64,000 nt of DNA, taken from Candidatus Poribacteria bacterium. GTDB lineage: Bacteria; Poribacteria; WGA-4E; WGA-3G. The stretch is from the NCBI GenBank assembly GCA_963663765.2, contig CAXXUA010000007.1:82741-146740 (forward strand), written 5' to 3'. Made by a program: the position numbers and the translations under genes. The notes under the pieces are model-generated. The model was not told the origin of the DNA, did no database searches, and saw only the letters and a program-made list of their open reading frames with translations. Positions 19,631 through 28,069 of this stretch are shown in pieces (within the stretch, counting starts at the first letter, position 1; each line of letters starts with the position of its first letter).

Positions 19631-20455
19631 TCATCTTCGTTTCTGCAGATTTCTACGTGTGAAGATATTATCGTCAACCTTTGAATTGAATGTAGCATTT
19701 AACCATTTGACAACCGTTTTGTGTCCCTCTTTGTTTTGTGGAATCATTTCCATGACCGTTGGGATGGTTTTCTTGTTAAAAGTTTTGATTTCTTTGTAGT
19801 TCAACACACGCATTAAATTATCTTTTTCGTCGTAGAAATGCTGCCAAACCGGTAAGTAGTCGCTTTTTCTGACAGCAGTTTCAATCTTACCCCATACAAT
19901 TGCAGTGTCCTCTTTTGGAATAAGTTCTACATATAGCAATTTTGGGGATGCATCTTCTGGTGTTATCATACGGTAGGTATAGTCGTCCAGCATAGATGAT
20001 TCTTTGACTAAATCATCATTGGTGAAATCGGACCCCATCCATGAACCCATCATCATTGATGGTGAAATCTTTATTACCTTGTTGACTTTTGGGAGATAAT
20101 TCCACATCTGTTTTCCGATGCGTAATGTAGTGACATTTTCCTCTTTTTTTGGTGCAGTAATTCGTATGAAGGTTTTGTCCATCCCCTTTGTCCAAATCAA
20201 CATTTTCAATGTGCGTTCGTAATTTGGTGTGACGATGTGCATCTCCATGTCAGCATGACTTGTATTACTGCGGTAAAGTTGATCTATGTGTTTGATTATG
20301 TCTTCAACTTTGGAATCTGCTGATACATTCGCTGTCAATAAAGATGATAAAGAAGTCAAGAGCACAAATAGTAATATTAACCATGTGAAGTGTTTTGGAT
20401 GACTTTTTATATAAGTGAAATAATGAGACCACACCGTTTTTTCCTCTATTACCAC
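19631..20455 (-). CDS. LolA-like outer-membrane lipoprotein-sorting protein
   Basis: MWNYLPKVNKVIKISPSMMMGSWMGSDFTNDDL, FTRRNL. Confidence 0.85.
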   Translation of the reverse strand: MVIEEKTVWSHYFTYIKSHPKHFTWLILLFVLLTSLSSLLTANVSADSKVEDIIKHIDQLYRSNTSHADMEMHIVTPNYERTLKMLIWTKGMDKTFIRITAPKKEENVTTLRIGKQMWNYLPKVNKVIKISPSMMMGSWMGSDFTNDDLVKESSMLDDYTYRMITPEDASPKLLYVELIPKEDTAIVWGKIETAVRKSDYLPVWQHFYDEKDNLMRVLNYKEIKTFNKKTIPTVMEMIPQNKEGHKTVVKWLNATFNSKVDDNIFTRRNLQKRR

Positions 20456-20594
20456 AAAGCTTATTTACATATCTGATTATACAATTATAATACTTCAAAA
20501 TGATATACAGTGCAAGGTATAATCTGAGTGTCGTATGTATAGAGTTTTGTACAATAATTATTTTTGCGCGTAATTTGCGCCGCTGAAATACAAT

Positions 20595-20716
20595 CAGGAC
20601 TTACGCAGTTTTCATGATTTAATCAAGAATTGTGATGAAAATGATGTAATTTTCAACATTATTTGTGCTTCCAGCGCGCTTACAAAGCAAACCTACCGTT
20701 GGGTGCGTAAGTCCTG
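20595..20716. mobile_element. IS701-type MITE, uninterrupted (empty) form
   Basis: CAGGACTTACGCA...TGCGTAAGTCCTG; no matching flanking duplication seen. Confidence 0.8.
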
Positions 20717-21403
20717 CTATGTAAGGAATCACTGCAAATTGTATGTGCATTTCTTGAGATTTCCTAAGAATTTTCTACTACTAAAACCGTACCGTACGGT
20801 ACGGTTTTTTCGGTTTGTGGTACGGTTTTGAAAACATGTAATGCGTCCAGTGCTTATAAGGCGTTATCGGGGTATTTGTTGTGTTTTTTTCTAAATTATT
20901 TTCAATTTTTGGTACGGTTTTTTGTTTATGTGTTTTTTTGTGTTTGGGTGTTGGTTTTGCATAGTGTTTTTGTTGTGTGCTTTTCTTTTGTTTATATTAT
21001 ATGTGATTTTTTATGGGTTTTGTAGTTTTTTGGGTGTCTGTTTATTGGGATTTCCAATAGATAAGCAATAGATATCAATTAGGTTCTTGTTAGTAGTATA
21101 TTTTGTCTGAACCAGGATTCTCAAATCAAGAAAAGAAGAAATCAACGGTGTGATTGCCCTATGGCATTCCTCGAGTCTTTGTGTTCCCGCTTTTGTTTCC
21201 ACTCATCAGAGATGGCGGGGAATGCCATATGAAGATTAATAAATTGATCTTCATACAGGTTGTGCTACAACACAAGCAGTCGTTTAGGTTTGTTAAACAT
21301 ATAGATCAAAGTGTTCAGGTAATTCTAAAATCTACTATAACTTTCAGTAAATCTCAATATTATACCATTTTCATGTAATAATGTCTCATTAGCAGCGGAA
21401 ATC

Positions 21404-21765
21404 GGGTGTGTAAAGTTTTGGTTACTGAGCGTAGGGGCGGGGTCTCCACGCCCGAACAGAAACTTTACGCAAGCGAGGAAATGAAGATTAAAAAATACTT
21501 TGGGTAATTCTCCTAATCCCGCCACGGTAGACGAACTATTCCACCCTGGTATGCGTGCTTTGTAAGCGCGTTGTTAGAACTTGACATCCAGCGCGCTTAC
21601 AAAGCACGCATATCAACTGAGAAATATTTGATTACCCAATTTAATAAATTAATCTTCATAACCTCGCCCCTACGATGTCCACAGTTCCCTAACGTCAAGC
21701 AAGCTTTATAGCAACTGGACGGACTTCTTTTAATATCAGGGTTTCTACAAAAATTTTACACACCC
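21404..21765. mobile_element. MITE with GGGTGTGTAAA ends and a 9-bp GCGGAAATC direct repeat; contains a nested ATGAAGATTAA element at 21481-21659
   Basis: GCGGAAATC at 21395-21403 and 21766-21774; a second left end follows at 21775; a reverse empty copy at about 27697-27820. Confidence 0.8.
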
Positions 21766-21900
21766 GCGGAAATCGGGTGTGTAAAGTTTTTGCACAGAGG
21801 TACTAACTTTTGTTCTCTTTAGTCCCGTAGGGACGCAATGTTTATAGAAAGACGTTATCACATCCCCTCTCTTTAGTTCCGTAGGAACGACATAGAAGGA

Positions 21901-22078
21901 TAAACATATCGTCCCTACGGGACTAAAAAGACGTGGGGATATGTCTTTCTATAAACATATCGTCCCTACGGGACTAAAAAGACGTGGGGATATGTCTTTC
22001 TATAAACATATCGTCCCTACGGGACTAAAAAGACGTGGGGATATGTCTTTCTATAAACATATCGTCCCTACGGGACTG
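21901..22078. repeat. 51-bp perfect tandem repeat (3 full copies plus a partial fourth) of a REP-like unit
   Basis: TAAACATATCGTCCCTACGGGACTAAAAAGACGTGGGGATATGTCTTTCTA at 21901, 21952 and 22003, partial at 22054; inverted related copies at 21820-21890. Confidence 0.92.
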
Positions 22079-22119
22079 AAGAATATGGTTAATATTAACA
22101 ATATTTCTTTATATTGACA

Positions 22120-22263
22120 CCTAATGAAGTTTGACAATCAAAATCGGTAGTTGAATTCGTAGGGGTTGGGTTCCCCAACCCGTTTGGTTTCTGGGTTTGC
22201 GTAGATCATGTGTGGAAACCATGCCCCTACGAATACACAACTTGAACGTCAAACTTCATTAGG
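22120..22263. mobile_element. MITE with CCTAATGAAGTTTGAC ends enclosing a GTAGGGG REP pair
   Basis: 16-bp perfect inverted ends. Confidence 0.7.
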
Positions 22264-22578
22264 ACTCTGTGTCCGCAATCTCTCATTTAATCAGTTGCGG
22301 CGGGGCACAGAGACCCGGGGAATGCCAAAAGGCATTCATACCGTTGATTTCTTGATTTACCGGTCGCGACTGTGTTGAATACGGTTGCGACTACCAGCAT
22401 GCGATGGACATAATCAGAGTAATCTGGGATTGTGTCTGAACCAGGATTCACAGGATTATCGGATTTGCAGGATTAGAGTTTTGTTCGTTATCCTCCTATC
22501 CAAAAGTAAGCATAAATACACATCAAACACCCGTGCCAGGGTAAATCTGTAAATCTGTAAATCCCGCGGAATGCCCTT

Positions 22579-22633
22579 TGGCGAATGCGCTTGGTAGAAT
22601 ACGCGTATGGTATTCTACCAAGCGCATTCGCCA
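22579..22633. repeat. perfect 24-bp-arm palindrome inside a micro-element loop
   Basis: TGGCGAATGCGCTTGGTAGAATAC-GCGTATG-GTATTCTACCAAGCGCATTCGCCA. Confidence 0.9.
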
Positions 22634-22785
22634 TGATTCATACCGTTGATTACTTGATTTGGTCATTCCGTACACACCGACTCGACAACAGCAGAGATTG
22701 ACACACAGTGTTTAGATAATGAACACTGCTGATCAAATTGTGACACAATTTGGTTGAAATTTGCTGAATTTCCAATGATTCACTT

Positions 22786-22801
22786 TGGCACGATATTTGC
22801 T
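22786..22801 (+). promoter_or_regulatory. sigma54 -24/-12 promoter of the WD40 lipoprotein gene
   Basis: TGGCAC-GATAT-TTGCT, about 35 nt upstream of ATG 22836; palindrome CAAATTGTG-A-CACAATTTG at 22734-22752. Confidence 0.72.
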
Positions 22802-22835
22802 CATAGTTTTGTTATATTTTCAAAAGGGGTTTATT

Positions 22836-23834
22836 ATGAATAAAGGATTTTTGATACTTAGCATACTGCTCTCCATGATGTTCGTTGCGTGTGGCGACGA
22901 TGAGGATACGACTGTCAATCAAATGGATATGGAAACCCCAACTGTCAAAACTTATGATACAGAGATACTCGTAGGGCATACGGATTTTGTCAGAAGTGTT
23001 GCGTTCAGTCCGGATGGCAACACACTTGTCAGTGGCGGGGATGACCACACCCTCCGCTTGTGGGACACAAGCAATCGCGCGCTTATCCAGACCCTCACTG
23101 GACATACGGATGCTGTTGAATACATCGCGTTTAGTCCGAATGGTCGTACTATCGCCAGTGGCAGTAGCGACAAGACCGTCCGGTTGTGGAACGCAAACGA
23201 TGGCATGCATCTCCACACCCTCACTGGGGAAATGTACCAAATCTTTTGCGTTACGTTTAGTCCGGATGGTCGCACTATCGCCAGTGGCAGTTGGGGCGGC
23301 ACCATTCGTTTGTGGAACGCAAGCGACGGCATGCTTCTCTACACCATTGACGCGCATAGGAGAGTTACCTTGAGCGTAACGTACAGCCCGGATGGCAACA
23401 CACTTGTCAGTGGCGGTCTTGATGGAGCCATCCGGTTATGGCACCCACGTATTGGCACCCGGCTCGATCTCCTATATAAGCAGCAGGGGAGTGTCATGAG
23501 TATCGCATACAGTCCGGATGGCAATACTATCGCTAGTGCCGGTAGTGACAATACCATCCGTTTGTGGAACCTATATTACAACATCAATATCAGCACGTTG
23601 AAGGGGCATACAAGTTGGGTCAACAGCGTTGCGTTCAGTCCGGATGGTCGCCTACTCGCCAGTGGCAGTCGGGACGGCACCATTCGTTTGTGGAACGGAA
23701 GAAACGGCATGTATCTCGACACCCTCACTGGGCATGAGGCGATTGTTTTGAGTGTTGCGTTCAGTCCTGATAGTCGCACGCTTGCTAGTTGCGGTGAAGA
23801 CAACACCGTCCGATTGTGGGATGTGAGTGAGTGA
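22836..23834 (+). CDS. WD40-repeat lipoprotein (single 7-bladed propeller)
   Basis: lipobox FVAC; seven GH...FSPDG...W[D/N] repeats; AAGGGG RBS. Confidence 0.9.
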   Translation: MNKGFLILSILLSMMFVACGDDEDTTVNQMDMETPTVKTYDTEILVGHTDFVRSVAFSPDGNTLVSGGDDHTLRLWDTSNRALIQTLTGHTDAVEYIAFSPNGRTIASGSSDKTVRLWNANDGMHLHTLTGEMYQIFCVTFSPDGRTIASGSWGGTIRLWNASDGMLLYTIDAHRRVTLSVTYSPDGNTLVSGGLDGAIRLWHPRIGTRLDLLYKQQGSVMSIAYSPDGNTIASAGSDNTIRLWNLYYNINISTLKGHTSWVNSVAFSPDGRLLASGSRDGTIRLWNGRNGMYLDTLTGHEAIVLSVAFSPDSRTLASCGEDNTVRLWDVSE

Positions 23835-23957
23835 TGCTGGTACCACCACAACCCAATGTAGGGCGAAATCAAAGGTATGAATGGGCGCATGGCATTCCCC
23901 GGATTTCGCGGATTGGTGTACGGAATCACGGATTACGCGGAGGATGTCTCACGTGTT

Positions 23958-24022
23958 GGTAGGAGCGACCTCCTGGTCGCGACTGTGTTGAAGCCGGTCG
24001 CGACCAGGAGGTCGCTTCTACC
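23958..24022. repeat. GTAG-type REP pair (GGTAGGAGCGACCTCCTGGTCGCGAC family)
   Basis: related copies at 139-234, 22311-22395, 24225-24292, 27831-27874, 39790-39815 and 56274-57566. Confidence 0.8.
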
Positions 24023-24329
24023 AACGTGTAAGTTCCATCTGCGTAATCCGCGATTCAGAACGTCCAATCTGCGTCCTCTGCGATTCTGCCCGATATTTTT
24101 CTGCTTAGGATATGTATTTTCTACGCAATCCGCCCTCATGGGGGTATCTTCTCCGCGTTTTCCGTGAAATCTGCGTAATCCGTGATTCCGTACCCCAGAG
24201 TAGCGGAGTACATTCCCCTGCGTTGGTAGGAGCGACCCGGGGAATGCCCGAAGGCATTCATACCGTTGATTTCTTGATTTACTGGTTTCGACCGTGTATC
24301 TTTCTTGTGGGAGGGGTTATCAACCCCGA

Positions 24330-25135
24330 CCCTCTACAGCAATTCAAACAACACACACGATTATCGCAGCTACCAGACGACCTCTTTGATGCCACCTACA
24401 ACGCCATCATTCAGATACCGATTCAAACCCGTGCTGCACTCCAGCAACTCAACCGCGACACTGCCGTGCAACTTGCTGAAATCCACAACTCGCACATCCT
24501 CAGCGCACAACAAAAAACTGACCAGATACAACGGATTGAACAGCAAGCCGCCCAACGTCGCATCCAAATAGAGCATCAAGCCAACCGAGCCAAAATACAG
24601 AGTTTCCAGAAAGTCGTCCAAAACTTCATCACAGGCATTGGTCGCATGATAGCCGAGCAGCTCAAACTCCGCGCCGCAGCCGCAATCACCAACACCCTCG
24701 TCGGGACACAGACAACCGCAACCCGTCCCGACACCAGCGACAATCCCATTAGTAGCATCATCAGTACGTTTGTCCCCGTGCTTGCCAGCAAAGCAAAACC
24801 CCGCACTCGCCATCGGTAGCGGATTAGCACTTGGTGCAGCCAAACTCTACGCCGACAGCTTCGACGACCCCATCAACGATGCAATCGCACGACAAGCCGG
24901 CATCAACCAAGCACATCACCCTGCAACGGAACTCGGCAGACGTTCCGCACTTGACCTCACAAAACACTTCGTTGACGGCTTCACCACAGAAACAACGAAC
25001 CCAACCAGCACAGACACCGCACCTGTCGTCCGCAACGAAATCAAACTTATCATCGGCACCCAAGAACTCAAAGCCATATACGAGGAGACCCAACGTCAAA
25101 TCAAAACAGGCACCATCACACCCACCTCATCGTAG
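24330..25135 (+). pseudogene. frameshifted fragment of a long helical protein, possibly a phage tape-measure C-terminus
   Basis: Gln/Ala-rich helical ORF continues in a second frame near 24790; strong C/A strand bias; REPs on both sides. Confidence 0.4.
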
Positions 25136-25169
25136 GGCGGGGTCGCCGTGGAATGCCATTCTTTCCGTG

Positions 25170-25233
25170 TATACGTGTATACATTTATACGTGTATACAT
25201 TTATACGTGTATACATTTATACGTGTATACATT
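25170..25233. repeat. 16-bp tandem minisatellite TATACGTGTATACATT x4
   Basis: read directly from the sequence. Confidence 0.85.
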
Positions 25234-25765
25234 ATTTATTGAACCAGGATTCATAGGATTATCGGATTACCAAGATTTACCTCATCCAGGTATTTTGCTG
25301 CGCGTTTATGCTTACTTTTGAATAGCGTCAGACCGCACCAGGCTCTAATCCTGAAAATCTGTAAATCCTGAAAATCCTGGTTCAGACAATAGGAGCGACC
25401 CCTCTTGTGGTAGGGGTTTTCAACCTTATAGGTGTCAACTTAAGAAAATATTGTTTGCATTTTCTCTTGTGATAGGGGTTTTCAACCCCGATTTGAGCGG
25501 AAAAGCACTAAAAAGTAGGGGTTGAAAACCCCTACCACAAGAGGTTATAGTGAAATCTAAAAATACTTATACACTTTTGTAATTTCATCAATAGACAAAT
25601 CGGGATTGTATTCGTGTTTTACGTTTAATATTAGCAAAATCTTTCTCACGCGGAACACCTTGCCAATAAAATTTGCTTAGTTTGTTATTTTCCTGCGTTT
25701 TTCACCAAATTTTAGATAAAATTCAAATATTTTTTACCTTATGCACCCTTTCGGTCTAAAACTGT

Positions 25766-26856
25766 CAGGACTTACGCAGTCTCAAAGATTATCGATGGAT
25801 TTGAGAGTTGATATCGCATATAATCATCCAATAAACTTTGTTTAAGTTCATAAATTGTTTTGCCAAGTTTACGCGCAACACGTTTCAAACAGACCCATAT
25901 TTGAAAACAACAGGCAATATGATTTCTTTGGGCACGCAACTTGCGACATTGACATTTGCCAATACCCGTGACTTGTTTGATCTCACGATGGAGTTGTTCA
26001 ATCTTCCAACGTATACGACATTCTTGGTGTGCCGCATCCGCATCCGATTGAGATAAATCGTTTGTCACAATATATTCCGTGCGCCCGGTAGAGGAGGCTA
26101 TCCGGAACAACTTGACTTGATACCCTTTTGGAAACTTCTTGATGTGCACGCTTTTCCCTTGCCGGATTTCTGTCCGGGTCCAAGATAGGTCTTGGACTTG
26201 TTGGTGCGGTTGCTCGCCATCCGTATCGTTTACAAGACGATTTCGTTTCAGGGGCACGTAGTAAATCTTAGAAAGTTTTTCAATCGCTTTCATAACTTGC
26301 ATGGAGGCATACCAAGTATCCATTAGCACCGTCCGAAACGGTATCTGTTTTTTAGAGTAAGCGTTGTGCAACATTTCCAGTAAATGGTCTATTTTGGTTT
26401 TACCATCATGATCTATGTCATAAATACGGTAATCAATAATCCAATACTCTTCTGTCTTTGGATTGACATAGATACACGTCACAATACCAATGCCTTTAAC
26501 GACTTTTTTGTCGCTACCACTCCACTGAGAACGGAGGACCTCAATCTCTTTCGCATAGAGTTTAGGTAGCACAACATCGTCAAAAACAATGTAGCCATCA
26601 TCATCAAACTCAATGTCGTTTTTGACCGAGTTCCAAAGTTCATTCGCGGGGATGTTTTCACCGCTCAGAAACCGATTGATTTGATCGTGGCTCCACTTAT
26701 CAGTATGGTCTGCCATATAGGTTTGTGTAAAGTTTGTAAAACTTGATAACAAAAATTGACAATAATCTGAATATAAACTTTGTTTCTTTTCGGAAAGTGT
26801 AAATGTAATCATAATGGAATAGTATAGCACAAATCTATTATAGTGCGTAAGTCCTG
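25766..26856 (-). mobile_element. IS701-family insertion sequence
   Basis: TIR CAGGACTTACGCA / TGCGTAAGTCCTG; ACTGT duplicated on both flanks. Confidence 0.92.
25772..26830 (-). CDS. IS701-family transposase
   Basis: SHDQINRFL, FDD, MDTWY, RWKIEQLHREIKQVTG, CQCRK. Confidence 0.9.
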   Translation of the reverse strand: MLYYSIMITFTLSEKKQSLYSDYCQFLLSSFTNFTQTYMADHTDKWSHDQINRFLSGENIPANELWNSVKNDIEFDDDGYIVFDDVVLPKLYAKEIEVLRSQWSGSDKKVVKGIGIVTCIYVNPKTEEYWIIDYRIYDIDHDGKTKIDHLLEMLHNAYSKKQIPFRTVLMDTWYASMQVMKAIEKLSKIYYVPLKRNRLVNDTDGEQPHQQVQDLSWTRTEIRQGKSVHIKKFPKGYQVKLFRIASSTGRTEYIVTNDLSQSDADAAHQECRIRWKIEQLHREIKQVTGIGKCQCRKLRAQRNHIACCFQIWVCLKRVARKLGKTIYELKQSLLDDYMRYQLSNPSIIFETA

Positions 26857-26931
26857 ACTGTGTCTTTAATATATGAAGTGTGGACCTATTTCACAAACAT
26901 ATATTTGAATATTCAACAAACAAAAAATCAA

Positions 26932-27477
26932 ATGAATAATCAACACAAAGTATTTATCAACTTCTGCCATACTGAAGACCGGCACTATCAGGAACGATTT
27001 GAAGAATTGTTTTTAGATGTCTACGGCGTCATAGTGTCAAGGTCTATCAAAATAGGAGACTTTGATAGTACGACATTCTCAACAGAACGCATTCGTCAGC
27101 ACATACGTGATAAATATCTCCGGGATTCTACAGTGACTGTCGTGTTGATCGGTGCTAATACATGGCAACAGAAATCGGTGGATTGGGGGATAAGCTCCAG
27201 TATACGTCAGACAGAATACAACACCCGCTCTGGACTTTTAGGTATTTTGTTACCAACATATCCAAGACCCCCCGGTAAACACTACGATCCCCGCACAATC
27301 CCGCCAAGACTATACGATAACGTCGCATGTGGATTTTCCAAAATTTACAGTTGGAACGAGGCACCTTATATCGTCCAGTCCTGGATACATTATGCTCACA
27401 TACGGAGAACAGAGATACTGCCTAACAACTCACGTGCTCCGTTAACAAATAACTTGTCGGGCGTAAGGTGGAACTAA
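26932..27477 (+). CDS. ThsB-like TIR domain protein (DUF1863 type), predicted catalytic Glu replaced by Gly
   Basis: HKVFI, IRDKYLRDSTVTVVLIG..TW, VDWGI, GLLGILLP, PPRL. Confidence 0.78.
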   Translation: MNNQHKVFINFCHTEDRHYQERFEELFLDVYGVIVSRSIKIGDFDSTTFSTERIRQHIRDKYLRDSTVTVVLIGANTWQQKSVDWGISSSIRQTEYNTRSGLLGILLPTYPRPPGKHYDPRTIPPRLYDNVACGFSKIYSWNEAPYIVQSWIHYAHIRRTEILPNNSRAPLTNNLSGVRWN

Positions 27478-27537
27478 ATGTTTGTCAAAATATCATCAGT
27501 GTAACTCATAAATATTTATTTGTTTGAATTTTTCTTT

Positions 27538-27674
27538 TATAGTGGATTTTAGAATTATTCTTACACTTTCAGGTGTAGGAGGGAACTCCGATTCCCGACT
27601 ATCAAGACGTTCAGTCGCGATTCGGAGATCGCTCCTATAGAACAAGTGTAAACTTAATTATATATTTCACTATA
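27538..27674. mobile_element. MITE with Correia-like TATAGTG[G/A]A ends enclosing a REP pair
   Basis: TTATAGTGGATTT...ATTTCACTATAA; solo ends at 3931, 21326-21340 and 25545. Confidence 0.65.
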
Positions 27675-28069
27675 AAAAAAGTATCTAAAGTTTCTATCAA
27701 GCTTGCTTGACGTTAGGGAACTGTGGACATCGTAGGGGCGAGGTTTCCTCGCCTGCGTAAAACCTCTTTTCGGGCGGGAAACCCTGCCCCTACGCACAGT
27801 AACCAAAACTTTACACACCCGCGGAAATCTGGTAGGAGCGACCTCACGGTCGCGACCGGGAGGTCGCTCCTACCGTAGAGAGTAACCCCCTGCCAGTAAA
27901 CAGTAGAATTCCTTAATGAGACAAGATTTATTTGAATTGGTATTAGAAGACTCCTAAGGACTGAATATCCCTGGATGTTTTTGTTTGACATATCTTATAA
28001 TTTGCGGTTAGAATGCAATGAATAAGATGTAACAATATTCCATTTGAAAATCATATTGGAGAAAAACAA

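Noticed and set aside
20828-21525. Short ORFs in the T-rich and MITE region (also 9861-10151, 27713-27991, 39968-40213)
   Set aside because: Low-complexity or repeat-derived, with no RBS or recognisable motifs.
21901-22078. CRISPR array
   Set aside because: The would-be spacers are identical, the unit is a REP found elsewhere in the window, and no cas genes are present.
22785-22835. TTG start extension of the WD40 lipoprotein
   Set aside because: It overlaps the sigma54 promoter; ATG 22836 has an RBS and gives a proper signal peptide.
149-24281. Micro-element hairpins as dispersed CRISPR repeats or simple terminators
   Set aside because: They are not regularly spaced, lack U-tails, and interrupt other repeats rather than following stop codons.
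23877-24330. ORFs 23877-24167, 23933-24139 and the N-terminus of 24112-24819
   Set aside because: They are translations of REP and micro-element sequence.
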